NCBI GenBank assembly: GCA_051251855.1
Contig: JBPOGI010000001.1
Location: 1,504,001 to 1,568,000, forward strand
DNA length: 64,000 nucleotides
Direction: 5' to 3'
Source: Roseibacillus sp.
GTDB taxonomy: Bacteria > Verrucomicrobiota > Verrucomicrobiia > Verrucomicrobiales > Akkermansiaceae
Position 1 is the stretch's first letter, and each line of letters opens with the position of its first letter. Both the position numbers and the translations under genes were made by a program. The notes beneath the pieces are model-generated. The model was not told the origin of the DNA. It saw only the letters and a program-made list of their open reading frames with translations, and made no database searches. Below, one piece after another: positions 36,867 to 47,082 of this stretch.

Positions 36867-38261
36867 ATGCAAACAATTCCCATGCTGATTGACGGAAAAG
36901 CCGTCACCACCGATGCTATTCTCGATGTCGTCAATCCGGCAAACGGCGAAGTCTTCGCTCAAGTCCCCGACATGACCGAGGCCCAGGCTCAAGACGCGCT
37001 TACCGCCGCAGATAATGGCTTCAAGGTCTGGTCTGCGATGTCTCCCGGCGAACGTCGCTCCCTCATTCTCAACTATGCCGATGTTCTTGAAGCCGAAAGC
37101 GAGCGCCTCATCGCTCTTTTGATTGAAGAAACCGGCAAACCCCAAGACAACGCGGAGTATGACTTCGGAATGCTCGTCACTTGCCTGCGCTACTTCGTGG
37201 AAGAAGTGGAGCGTCTCGACCAGCCTGTCCTCCACGATCCCGATGGTCGCTTTCTTCACTACCTGCAACGGCAACCTTTGGGTGTGGTGGTTGGCTTCCT
37301 CGCCTGGAACTTTCCCCTGCTCAATGTGGGCTACAAAATCGGACCCGCCTTGGCTGCCGGTTGTAGCATCATCCTCAAGCCCGCCACTCTCACTCCGGTG
37401 GCTTCGCTCGAAGTGGCTCATCTCGCAAAGAAAGCAGGGATTCCCGACGGAGTCATCAATGTCGTTACCTGCGGCAACCATGAAGTCCCCAAGGCTCTCG
37501 TCGAAAGCGAGATTCCCGAGCTGGTCACTATGATTGGTTCCACTCGCGGAGGGCTGGAAGTGATGAACAACTCGCTGACCACCGTGAAACACTTCTCTGT
37601 CGAGCTTGGAGGCAATGCTCCCGTCCTCGTCTACCCTGATGCCGATGTTGAAATGGCGGCCAACAAAACCGTGGACCTGAAATTTGCCAACAGCGGCCAA
37701 GTCTGTGTCTCACCTAACCGCTGCTTTGTGCATGAGGACGTCTACGACGAATTCATTGCCGCTGCCAAAAAGCGCGCTGCTGAAGTCGAGATCGGACCTC
37801 TGATATCGGACAAAGAACGCCAACGCATTATCGAAGTGGTCGAACAAGCCAAGTCTTCTGGTGCGGAAGTGGTCTGCGGTGGCAACGCTGTTGATGGCGC
37901 AGGCTACTACATGGAGCCTACTATCCTCAGCAATGTCAGTCGTGCCATGCGAACCAGCTGCGAGGAAATCTTCGGACCCGTCCTTCCCATTCTCAAGTTC
38001 AGCGATGCCGACGACGAGATCGCGCTCGCCAACGCCACGGAGTTCGGGCTCGCGGCTTACATTTTTACCACCAACCTCTCCACCGGACTGCGCGCAGCCC
38101 GCGACATCAAGTCCGGCAGCGTGTGCGTGAACGAGCCCCACTATTCGGTACAACTTCCTCACGGCGGCCTCAAACAAAGCGGCATCGGAAAAGACTGCTC
38201 CAAATACAGCCTCGAGGAGTATCTCACTCTCAAACGAATTTCCGTTCTCATCGAAAACTAA
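36867..38261 (+). CDS. NAD(P)-dependent aldehyde dehydrogenase, probable 3,6-anhydrogalactose dehydrogenase (DauA-like)
   Basis: AWNFP, IGST, ELGGNAP, NSGQVC, EEIFGP. Substrate inferred from context. Confidence 0.8.
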   Translation: MQTIPMLIDGKAVTTDAILDVVNPANGEVFAQVPDMTEAQAQDALTAADNGFKVWSAMSPGERRSLILNYADVLEAESERLIALLIEETGKPQDNAEYDFGMLVTCLRYFVEEVERLDQPVLHDPDGRFLHYLQRQPLGVVVGFLAWNFPLLNVGYKIGPALAAGCSIILKPATLTPVASLEVAHLAKKAGIPDGVINVVTCGNHEVPKALVESEIPELVTMIGSTRGGLEVMNNSLTTVKHFSVELGGNAPVLVYPDADVEMAANKTVDLKFANSGQVCVSPNRCFVHEDVYDEFIAAAKKRAAEVEIGPLISDKERQRIIEVVEQAKSSGAEVVCGGNAVDGAGYYMEPTILSNVSRAMRTSCEEIFGPVLPILKFSDADDEIALANATEFGLAAYIFTTNLSTGLRAARDIKSGSVCVNEPHYSVQLPHGGLKQSGIGKDCSKYSLEEYLTLKRISVLIEN

Positions 38262-38265
38262 CATC

Positions 38266-38904
38266 ATGTTTCCCGAAGATATCATCACCCGCTTAGAGAA
38301 GACCCGCATCGTAGCCGGATTTTCCATCGACAACGTCGAGCACGCTGTGCCGCTGGCAAAAGCCCTGCTCGCTGGTGGCATCGAAGTCATCGAGCTCACT
38401 CTGCGCACCCCTCAAGGCATCGATGCCGTGCGCGCCATCGCCTCCGAGGTGCCAGAAATCCTCATCGGAGTCGGCACCATCCTCACTCCCGAGCAAGCGC
38501 AAGAGGTCAAAAATGCAGGCGGCCACTTTGGAGTCGCTCCGGGCATGAACCCCAAAATCATCAAAGCGGCCAAGCAGGTCGGCCTCCCCTTCGCGCCAGG
38601 CATTGCGACTCCTTCCGACCTCGAAGCAGCCATCGAGCTTGGTTGCCGTTTCGTGAAGTTCTTTCCCGCCGACGCCCTCGGCGGAATCCCCTACCTGCGT
38701 GCTATGAGCGCTCCCTACAAGCACCTTGGCATTCAGTATTTCCCTCTTGGCGGCGTCAATGCCTCTAACATGAAGGAGTATCTCGCCGAACCAAATATCC
38801 CCACCATCGGCGGCTCTTGGATTGTGCAAGGAAGCCTCGTTGCCTCCGAAGACTGGGCCGGGATCACCGCACGTGCGGAAGAAGTCACCAACGCTTTAAA
38901 ATAA
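38266..38904 (+). CDS. eda: KDPG/KHG-family aldolase
   Basis: GGIEVIELTLRT, GVGT, PGIATPSD, KFFPA, PLGGV. Confidence 0.9.
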   Translation: MFPEDIITRLEKTRIVAGFSIDNVEHAVPLAKALLAGGIEVIELTLRTPQGIDAVRAIASEVPEILIGVGTILTPEQAQEVKNAGGHFGVAPGMNPKIIKAAKQVGLPFAPGIATPSDLEAAIELGCRFVKFFPADALGGIPYLRAMSAPYKHLGIQYFPLGGVNASNMKEYLAEPNIPTIGGSWIVQGSLVASEDWAGITARAEEVTNALK

Positions 38905-38913
38905 CATCTCACC

Positions 38914-40005
38914 ATGAGCAATATCGTCGTCACTTTTGGAGAAATCATGGCCCGCATGGCCGCGCCGGATAACATGCGCCTTCGCCAAACCCGAACCATT
39001 GATGTCACCTACGCAGGTGCGGAGGCAAGCGTCTCAGCCTCTATTTGCAACTTTGGTGGTCAGGCCCGTTACGTCACTGCCCTTCCCAAGCATGCCTTGG
39101 CTGAAGCAACCGTCGACTCCGTTCGTGCCGTCGGAGTAGACACCAACTCCATCCTTCGCACCGACCAAGGTCGCCTCGGTGTCTACTTCCTCGAAACGGG
39201 AGCAAACCAACGACCCAGCAACGTCATCTACGACCGCGCGGACTCCGCCATCGCGATCACTCCTCCCGACCAATACGATTGGGAAAGCATTTTCCAAGGC
39301 GCGAGCTGGCTCCACCTTAGCGGGATCACCCCCGCTCTTTCGGAAAACGCCGCCGAAGCGACTCTCGTCGCCGCGCAAAAGGCCAAGGCCGCCGGAGCCG
39401 AGGTCTCCATCGACCTCAACTTCCGAGGCAAGCTGTGGGCTTGGAGTGAAGGAAAGAGCAATCGTGAACTTGCCCAAGAAACGATGCGCAAAATCCTCCC
39501 CTTCATCGATGTTGTCATCGCAAACGAGGAAGATTGCCACGACGTTCTTGGTATTCGCGCAGGTGATACCGATGTACATGCTGGAGCACTCGATACCTCC
39601 CGCTACCCCGATGTCGCCCGTCAGGTGGTCGCTCAATTTCCGAACGTCAGCAAAGTCGCTATCACTCTTCGCGAGAGCTACTCCGCCTCCCACAATAACT
39701 GGGGTGCCATGCTCTACGATGCCCAATCCGATGCGGCTTCATTCGCCCCCCTCGACAGCGACGGAAACTATCAGTCCTACGAAATCAAGAACATCGTCGA
39801 TCGCGTCGGTGGCGGCGATTCGTTTGCAGGCGGATTGATTTTCGCGCTCACCACCCCCGAACTCAGCGAGCCCCAAACTGCCGTCAAATACGCGGTGGCC
39901 GCATCCTGTCTAAAGCATTCTATCAAAGGAGACTTCAACTTCAGCACCCGCTCCGAGGTCGAAGCCCTCATGGGCGGCTCGGCGTCCGGTCGCGTGGTGC
40001 GATAG
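38914..40005 (+). CDS. kdgK: PfkB-family 2-keto-3-deoxy-sugar-acid kinase (KdgK-like)
   Basis: TFGEIM, YDRADSA, DLNFRGKLW, NEED, DRVGGGDSFAGG, KHSIKGD. Confidence 0.88.
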   Translation: MSNIVVTFGEIMARMAAPDNMRLRQTRTIDVTYAGAEASVSASICNFGGQARYVTALPKHALAEATVDSVRAVGVDTNSILRTDQGRLGVYFLETGANQRPSNVIYDRADSAIAITPPDQYDWESIFQGASWLHLSGITPALSENAAEATLVAAQKAKAAGAEVSIDLNFRGKLWAWSEGKSNRELAQETMRKILPFIDVVIANEEDCHDVLGIRAGDTDVHAGALDTSRYPDVARQVVAQFPNVSKVAITLRESYSASHNNWGAMLYDAQSDAASFAPLDSDGNYQSYEIKNIVDRVGGGDSFAGGLIFALTTPELSEPQTAVKYAVAASCLKHSIKGDFNFSTRSEVEALMGGSASGRVVR

Positions 40006-40039
40006 TCAGACATCGTTTTCGGAAAAGCTTCTCCCTCCC

Positions 40040-40070
40040 AACGGTGCCTACAAATCGGGCACCGTTTTTT
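40040..40070 (+). terminator. Rho-independent terminator
   Basis: AACGGTGCC...GGCACCGTT running into a T tract, after the kinase gene. Confidence 0.8.
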
Positions 40071-40087
40071 ATTCCCACCACTTCACT

Positions 40088-41476
40088 ATGAAATCACTTC
40101 TCCTCAGCATTCTCTCCGTCGCTCTCGCCTCTGCAAACGACGCACCGCCCAACATTGTCCTCCTCTTTGCCGACGATGCTGGCTATGGCGACTTTGGCTT
40201 TCACGGCAGTACGCATTTCCAAACTCCTCACCTCGACAAGCTAGCTCAATCAGGAGTGCTCCTTTCACAATTCTACGTCACTGGGGCCACCTGTGGACCC
40301 TCCCGTGCCGGTATGCTCTCTGGAATCTATCAACAGCGCTTTGGCTTTGAGGAAATCAACGTTCCCGGCATCATGAGCGACCGCAGCAAGCTCCTCGGCG
40401 ACGAGATGGGCCTTCCCACTGACCTCAAAACGATGGGCGACTATCTCCAAGACCTCGGCTATTACACGGGAATCTTTGGAAAGTGGCACATGGGAATCGC
40501 CGAGCGCTACCACCCCCTCAAGCGTGGATTTAATGAATTCTATGGCTTCCGTGGCGGAGCCCGCAGCTTCTTTCCTTACCCAAACCCCAAGAAGGCCGAC
40601 CCCGCCAACCTCATGGAGCGTAACTTCGAGGAGTTCCAAGAGCACGAAGGCTACCTCACCACGGTTTTAGGTGAAGAAACTTGTCAGTTTATCGAGAGGA
40701 ATAAGGACAAACCCTTCTTCGCCTATGTTTCTTTTACCGCAGTTCACACTCCCATGGAGGCAGACCCCCAAGACGAGGACCAATTCCCCCAACTCAAAGG
40801 AGACCGCCGCACCGCCGCTCAGATGACTCTCTCCATGGACCGAGCTTGTGGGCAGATTATCGATAAACTGGATGAGCTGGGCTTGCGTGAGAACACCATC
40901 ATCGTCTTCACCAACGACAATGGCGGCCCCATGGATAAGAACGGTTCCAGCAATTTTCCCTTTGCAGGAGTGAAAGGCACTCAACTTGAAGGCGGCCTCC
41001 GCGTGCCCGGCCTCATTTCATGGCCAGCCCAACTTCCACAAGGGAAAGTCTACCAAGAAGTCAGCAGCACCCTCGACCTAATTCCGACCTTCGTCGAAGC
41101 TGGCGGTGGAAACCCAGGCGAAGTAGCAGATCTCGATGGCGTGAACCTCTTGCCCTATCTCCGAGGCGAGAATCAGGAATCTCCGCACTCCATCCTCCAC
41201 TGGAAAATGGAAACCAGAGGAGCCATGCGTGAAGGCGATTGGAAATTCATTCGCTACCCTGACCGACCAGCAGAACTCTTTAACCTCGCCAACGATCCCG
41301 GCGAGCAAACCAACCTCGCCATCTCCGAGCGGGCGCGTCTCGAAGAGATGTTCAAAAAGCACTTCCAATGGGAGATGACCCTCGAACGCCCCCTCTTTCT
41401 TCTGCGCCGTCAAGAAGAGGGCTGGTCCTCCCGCCGGGCTAATCAGTTCCGCCAACCTCCTGCCGAGGACTACTAG
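40088..41476 (+). CDS. S1 sulfatase (possibly S1_19-like galactose-4-sulfatase)
   Basis: PNIVLLFADDAG, CGPSR, GKWHMG, NDNGG. Subfamily is an inference. Confidence 0.93.
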   Translation: MKSLLLSILSVALASANDAPPNIVLLFADDAGYGDFGFHGSTHFQTPHLDKLAQSGVLLSQFYVTGATCGPSRAGMLSGIYQQRFGFEEINVPGIMSDRSKLLGDEMGLPTDLKTMGDYLQDLGYYTGIFGKWHMGIAERYHPLKRGFNEFYGFRGGARSFFPYPNPKKADPANLMERNFEEFQEHEGYLTTVLGEETCQFIERNKDKPFFAYVSFTAVHTPMEADPQDEDQFPQLKGDRRTAAQMTLSMDRACGQIIDKLDELGLRENTIIVFTNDNGGPMDKNGSSNFPFAGVKGTQLEGGLRVPGLISWPAQLPQGKVYQEVSSTLDLIPTFVEAGGGNPGEVADLDGVNLLPYLRGENQESPHSILHWKMETRGAMREGDWKFIRYPDRPAELFNLANDPGEQTNLAISERARLEEMFKKHFQWEMTLERPLFLLRRQEEGWSSRRANQFRQPPAEDY

Positions 41477-41510
41477 AAAAAAGGCCGTCCCCGTTGAAAA
41501 GGGACAGCCT
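41477..41510 (-). terminator. Rho-independent terminator between convergent genes
   Basis: Minus strand AGGCTGTCCC...GGGACGGCCT followed by TTTTT. Confidence 0.75.
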
Positions 41511-41537
41511 GAAAAATCAAGTTCTCAAAAAAAGAGC

Positions 41538-42968
41538 TTAGCCCTCTTTCTTCACAATCTGGATATCGTCGAGGAAGAGAGCTCCATCACCCTCCTTGAC
41601 CTTATCCTTCTTGATTCGAATGCGAAGCCGGTCGAACTCACCCGATGCAGCATCGCGCTTGAAAGTCTGCTTGAGCTTCACCCATTTGCCTTTTTCAACT
41701 CCATCTAACTTGATGGGATCCAAGTGAATTTCAGGATCAGCGAGGCTCAAATTGAGAGCTTGCACCCCGCAGCTTTCTTCTAACTTCACGTTCAGTGACA
41801 ATTCGAACTCGCCCGCGGGAATCACTACTGCCTTCACAGGCGTGACGATGGAGACATTGGAAAGCATCCCCTTCGGCATGAACTTCAAACTCTTGATACC
41901 CTTCATCGCTTCGTCCTTGGTGATGGTGAAGCGCTCCATCTCATGCTCACCAAACTGCCAGAACTTCTGGTATTCATTTGGCTCCGCACTTTCGGGCACG
42001 AGGTCGAGAGGGATGGCGTTGTCATCAAACAGAATCGGCCCCTCGAACCCAAACAACTGGGGTGCGACCAAGTTCTGAGTCGGTTTCTGCCAAACACGGC
42101 AGTAGTCGATCTGATAGTCCACCGGCAACTCCTCTTTGTGAGGAAGCCCCAACCAAACGAAAATCTCGGAGTCGAACCAAATCTCAAGCGGATTATTCAA
42201 AACCCAGTTCTTACCCTCTTTCTCCTGACTTGTCTCATAGACCAACTCGCCATCGAGATACATCTTGAGGTAGTCTTCGCCCCACTCCGCTCCATAGACA
42301 TGAAACTCGTCTGCAACTCGGAAGGGCAGCTTTTGCTTGTGCCCAAAGCGCCGGGTCGGACGTTTTGCTGGTGGGGACCAATCGTGGATCGAGGACTTCC
42401 ACATGTCTTCTTGGATGTCATTCTTCCCGTTTTTGGGATTTCCAATCTGCTCGTAAATATCGAGTTCGGACTCATAACCGATGGTCCAAAATGAACTCGT
42501 CATCGACGCATTACCCGCCTTGGTCCGCACCTCCATGTAGCCATTTAGAAAGCGCTTTCGTGAGATAATTGCTCCGGTCGTAATGGGCATCGGCTTGCCT
42601 TCCCAGACTCCATAAGTGTCATTGCGGGCGCCGTCGGCATAGCTCTCTTGGGCGAATTCGAAATCTGGCTCCCATTGGCTGCGAATCTTCAGCATGCCAT
42701 CCTCTTGGAGAACATTGTGCTCTGCAAACTGAGAAGGAGCGCGCCCTTTCCAAATGTAGTAGTCACCACCGTTCTCGCCTTGAACAAACCACTTTTTGCG
42801 ATCGACGCTTTCAGTATTGAACTCATCGCTCACCTCGGGATTCAAGACCCAACCCGCTTTATTCTCGGGATCCGAGGCCGGAAAATGCTTCTCTTCTGCG
42901 GAAAGCGCGCCCGTCGCACAGACGGTCATCAGGGTAGCCGTCGCCCGGCGTGTCACTTCAGTTCTCAT
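41538..42968 (-). CDS. GH16 galactanase (carrageenase/porphyranase-like) with C-terminal CBM-like domain
   Basis: Signal peptide, SDEFN, catalytic ELDIYE, FHVYGAEW, DYCRVWQ. Confidence 0.88.
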   Translation of the reverse strand: MRTEVTRRATATLMTVCATGALSAEEKHFPASDPENKAGWVLNPEVSDEFNTESVDRKKWFVQGENGGDYYIWKGRAPSQFAEHNVLQEDGMLKIRSQWEPDFEFAQESYADGARNDTYGVWEGKPMPITTGAIISRKRFLNGYMEVRTKAGNASMTSSFWTIGYESELDIYEQIGNPKNGKNDIQEDMWKSSIHDWSPPAKRPTRRFGHKQKLPFRVADEFHVYGAEWGEDYLKMYLDGELVYETSQEKEGKNWVLNNPLEIWFDSEIFVWLGLPHKEELPVDYQIDYCRVWQKPTQNLVAPQLFGFEGPILFDDNAIPLDLVPESAEPNEYQKFWQFGEHEMERFTITKDEAMKGIKSLKFMPKGMLSNVSIVTPVKAVVIPAGEFELSLNVKLEESCGVQALNLSLADPEIHLDPIKLDGVEKGKWVKLKQTFKRDAASGEFDRLRIRIKKDKVKEGDGALFLDDIQIVKKEG

Positions 42969-43020
42969 AGTATGATTGTAGTTGAATAATTCAGTTTCTA
43001 AAATTAGGTCCTTAACCTGA

Positions 43021-45012
43021 TTAGGCAGAAGCGTTGCCCCAGAGGACAGGTAGAAAAACAGTCATCTCACTGTCTCCCCGATTGCTCCAAGCGTAATATG
43101 GCACGAACTGGGAGGCACAGGATTTCCAGCTCGGTTTCTTAAGGGTGCGATACATCCCCTCGCCTTTATCCTGGCGGATTTTCAGCTCTGCGGTAATTGC
43201 CGGAACCCCCGCCAAAGTAGCTGACTCTTGCACGAAACAAAGCTCGCTCTCTCCGTCCAAATAGACATCCAGGATACTCGTCTCCTCAGGTAAGTCTGGT
43301 GACTCCACACAGTAGACGATGGGCCCCCGCTTCACCGCGACTTGATTGCGCACCTCCTCAATGCGGGGATGACCTTCAATCAGGTTAATTGGCATCGGCA
43401 TGTTCAACTCGATGACATCTCCCGCCTGCCATACCCGCTCCAACTTGGCAAACTGGCCCGGAGTCACTTCGCTCACCTCGTCCCCGTTCACACTGAGACG
43501 ACTTCCTTCAGCCCACTCGGGAATTCGGAGCGCAATCTCAAAGGCCTCGGTCTTGCATTCTTCAACCGTAATCGAGACGACTCCATCCCAAGGAAAGTTG
43601 GTCACTTGCGAGAGCTTGAGCTCACTCCCATCCCGCATCGTGGTGGTCAACTTATTGCCACCGTAAAGATTCACAAAAACTCCGTTCTCAGAAAGGCTGT
43701 AGGCCCAGCCCGAAACCTTGGCAATGGTGCGCACCAAATTGGGAGGACAGCAAAAACAATAGAGATAGGGTTCCCGATCCGGTGACTCAGTGTTCATCTG
43801 CGAGTAGTCCCGCGAGCCATGAATTTTTCGCAGAGGATTGGCGTAGTAGTATTTTTTGCCGCAAAGACTAATTCCCGAGAGGCTGCTGTTGTGCAGGACC
43901 AACTCCATGACATCGGCGTACTTGGACTCACCCTTGATACCCAGCATACGGTGACTGAACATGGCGTTGCAAATATTGGCGCAGGTCTCGTTATATGCCG
44001 TCATGTTGGGCATCATGTATTCGTCGATGAACCCTTCCTCAATGGTGTCGCGTCGAGAAGAAGCCCCGTGATGGGTCTGCCCCACCGCTCCGGTGGCATA
44101 CATTTTCTTCTGCGTGACATTCTCCCAAAGCCTATCCAAGGCTTCTAACAAATCCTTCTCCCCCGTCTCGGCATAGACGTCAGCCGCACCGGCATAGTAA
44201 TAGAGCGCCAAAACCGCGTGACCGACCGCTTCAGTCTCATCGCGCAGCGCAATCCTCTCCTGAACCATGTCCCCGATGGGATACCCGATGGTCGTAGAAT
44301 CATGGACCATCTCGGACTGGCCCCGATTGTTGATAAAAATCTCAGCCAGCGACAAATAGCGCTGCTCGCGTGTGAGGCGGTAAAGCTCCACCAGCCCCAT
44401 AATCTGAGTCTGATTGAAGCCAAAGCGCTTCTTGTCAGGCGGACAAGGATTGAAAGTTTGGCAAAGGAGTTCGGCATTCTTGAGCGCAATCTCAAGAAAG
44501 TTACTCTTCCCCGTCATGCGATGGTGAATGCAAGCAGCGGTGTAGAGATGACCGCAATTATACATCTCGTGATACTTCCGATTCGAGAAGTGCTCGATAC
44601 CCTGAATCTGAATGTAGGCATGCAAATAACCATCGTCTTCCTGGGCCTGCGCAATGATTTCAATAATTTCATCCAGCTCAGCGAGAATCTTTTCATCGCC
44701 ATTCATCCCATAGACGTAGCAAGCCGACTCCATCCACTTGAAGAAGTCCGCATCATGCCAAAACTCGCCTTGGTGCTCACTCTTCTTTAGCCCGGCCGCA
44801 ATCTTGAAGTTGTTTAAGCCATGCCCGATGTCTCCCTTCATGAGGGAGCCCATGTAGGGCACCATCACCTCTTCGCAGAGCTTGCTTTTCTCAGCCCAAA
44901 AGCCCTCGGTCCAGCGGCAGTCGCCGATATTGATGGACGTGAGTTTGACGTGGGGACTGGATGAAGTATCGATTTCGGCTCGGGAGCGAGCTTCGGTTGG
45001 CAAGGCGGACAT
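43021..45012 (-). CDS. GH127 glycoside hydrolase, probable alpha-3,6-anhydro-D-galactosidase
   Basis: HEMYNCGHL, VGHAV, YNETCA, FCCPPN, PYYAWSNRG. Substrate inferred from context. Confidence 0.88.
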   Translation of the reverse strand: MSALPTEARSRAEIDTSSSPHVKLTSINIGDCRWTEGFWAEKSKLCEEVMVPYMGSLMKGDIGHGLNNFKIAAGLKKSEHQGEFWHDADFFKWMESACYVYGMNGDEKILAELDEIIEIIAQAQEDDGYLHAYIQIQGIEHFSNRKYHEMYNCGHLYTAACIHHRMTGKSNFLEIALKNAELLCQTFNPCPPDKKRFGFNQTQIMGLVELYRLTREQRYLSLAEIFINNRGQSEMVHDSTTIGYPIGDMVQERIALRDETEAVGHAVLALYYYAGAADVYAETGEKDLLEALDRLWENVTQKKMYATGAVGQTHHGASSRRDTIEEGFIDEYMMPNMTAYNETCANICNAMFSHRMLGIKGESKYADVMELVLHNSSLSGISLCGKKYYYANPLRKIHGSRDYSQMNTESPDREPYLYCFCCPPNLVRTIAKVSGWAYSLSENGVFVNLYGGNKLTTTMRDGSELKLSQVTNFPWDGVVSITVEECKTEAFEIALRIPEWAEGSRLSVNGDEVSEVTPGQFAKLERVWQAGDVIELNMPMPINLIEGHPRIEEVRNQVAVKRGPIVYCVESPDLPEETSILDVYLDGESELCFVQESATLAGVPAITAELKIRQDKGEGMYRTLKKPSWKSCASQFVPYYAWSNRGDSEMTVFLPVLWGNASA

Positions 45013-45034
45013 ATTCTAACAGAAAGAGTGAAGT

Positions 45035-46624
45035 TTACTTGGAGCGGAGCTTAGCCTCGATGGCCTCAATGCTCATGTTTTTGGTCTCAATCAGCGTGAA
45101 GAACAAGACAACGAGTCCGATCGCAACGACCACGCCATAGGTCAGGAAGATGGAACTCATGCCCATATTCTCAAGTTGCCAAGGGAAGAACTGCTGCACC
45201 ACGTAATTCACCAAACTACTGATGATAGCGAACAAGGGAATGGCAAGACCACGCACCGAGATTGGAAAAATTTCGGAAAAGAGAACCCACATCAGAGGCC
45301 CGATGGAGATATGGAAAGCCGCTACCACGCTCAAGATACAAACCAGAACAAGGGTCGCATTCATCTTGAGCGATTTCTCTACCACCATATTTTGGTGCTT
45401 CTCAGCATCAACCTTTCCAAGAGCTCCCTTGAGCGCATTCTTGAATTCGACATCGCTCCCATGCTCTACCCCCACCAAACTCTGCAGACGCTCGACTCCT
45501 TCGAATTCCAAATCACCATTCGCAATACTCTGGGTGATTTCGCTAAAGGAATCTTCCCCCAAGGTGTATCGCGCTTGCTTGAAAGCGAAGGAACTGATTC
45601 CCAGGCTCGCCACAATCCAAATCAGTCCCCCAATGATGAGCGGACGGCGTCCCAGTTTGTCCACTAACAGAAGACCAAGAATGGTGAACACCAATGCGGT
45701 CAGGCCCACCCAAACCGCCTGCGAAAAGGCGGCATCATCCCCCCCTCCTAACTGCTGAAAGACAGTAGGAGCATAGACCAGAATGGCATTGATTCCGGTC
45801 GCTTGCTGAGCAATCGCAATCGTGAAGGCAATAATCAGAGTCAATCGCATCGGACTGCTGAAGATTTCTTTGAACTGCTCCACGATGCCCGAACCCACAG
45901 AGCTGCTTTCAAGACTCCTCTTCATGTTCGCCACATGGTCATCGACCGCATCGTCCGGCAGAATCTTCCGAAGGATCGCTTTGGCCTCATCCAGACGGTC
46001 ACGAATCACCAGCCAGTAGGGACTTTCCGGAATGAGGAAGAGAAGGAAAAACCAGAGAAGCGCAAAAGGAATCTCCGCTCCTAACATCCATCGCCAGGTT
46101 TCGGTATCGAGCGCATACTCGCTCACCCAACCAGCGTCCGACTTCGCCAACTTGAGAATATAGTAGTTCACGAAGTAAGCTCCCGAAAGCCCCACCACGA
46201 TATTGATTTGGGTCATTGAAACGAGCTTTCCGCGCCAGGCGGGAGGAGCAATTTCGCCGATATACATCGAGGCCAGAGTAATGGAGCTGAAAGCTAGCCC
46301 ACCCAGAAAGCGAGCCGCTACCAGAAACTCAAAACTAGGAGCGAAGGCCGATCCCAAAGCGGAGACCAAATAGAGAATGGCCACAATCAGAATGGCTTTC
46401 TTACGGCCAAATCGGTCGCTGATAAATCCCGCGAACGGCAATGCCACCAAGACACCCAAAGCAGGAGCGCTGGCCGCAGTTCCCACCTCAATGGCGCTCA
46501 ACGCAAACTTTTCCTTGAGAAAGTCGAGAGTGCCGGAAATGAGCACTGCATCGAGACCGAACAGAAAGCCTCCCATGGCGACAATCGTTGCGTAGAGAAA
46601 GGCACTTTTGTTTTTCTTATCCAT
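45035..46624 (-). CDS. Sugar porter family MFS transporter
   Basis: GGFLFGLD, SDRFGRK, YIGEIAP..RG, PESP, QQATGIN, DKLGRR, SEIFP, ETK, plus a large soluble insertion in the C-terminal half. Confidence 0.95.
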   Translation of the reverse strand: MDKKNKSAFLYATIVAMGGFLFGLDAVLISGTLDFLKEKFALSAIEVGTAASAPALGVLVALPFAGFISDRFGRKKAILIVAILYLVSALGSAFAPSFEFLVAARFLGGLAFSSITLASMYIGEIAPPAWRGKLVSMTQINIVVGLSGAYFVNYYILKLAKSDAGWVSEYALDTETWRWMLGAEIPFALLWFFLLFLIPESPYWLVIRDRLDEAKAILRKILPDDAVDDHVANMKRSLESSSVGSGIVEQFKEIFSSPMRLTLIIAFTIAIAQQATGINAILVYAPTVFQQLGGGDDAAFSQAVWVGLTALVFTILGLLLVDKLGRRPLIIGGLIWIVASLGISSFAFKQARYTLGEDSFSEITQSIANGDLEFEGVERLQSLVGVEHGSDVEFKNALKGALGKVDAEKHQNMVVEKSLKMNATLVLVCILSVVAAFHISIGPLMWVLFSEIFPISVRGLAIPLFAIISSLVNYVVQQFFPWQLENMGMSSIFLTYGVVVAIGLVVLFFTLIETKNMSIEAIEAKLRSK

Positions 46625-47082
46625 CTGATTTTAATCCTGCGTTAAAGACTGCCTGTGTGAGCGCGATTCTAACTCCAAAAAGAAGCTAGCAACTCGGCAG
46701 TCTGAGAATCCTGCGCTAAATCCCCCCTCGTCGCCCAGTGAATATCACATTCTACCTTGCGGATTCTTCTCTCGAGACGACGCGGTGTTGACTTTCAGCC
46801 ATCCCAGAAAAACGAGAACAGAAACTGCCAACTTGGGAACCCACCCCCTTCGGTGGGGCGAGACTCTAGCCCGTGAGAAATGCAGGCTAGTGACTGATTG
46901 AACCAGATAATGTCAAATCTTGAAGCCGGCAAAACGGAGAGAATGCGAAAAATCCACAATGTTTTTCGGAAGTAAGGCTCATTTACAGAAGCGACCGGTT
47001 CGAACTATTCTCGGGTTTATGGGTGTAGGATCTTCTACGTTTCTCCCTTAAAAAAATCATCACAAAACCCATACTTGCAATT

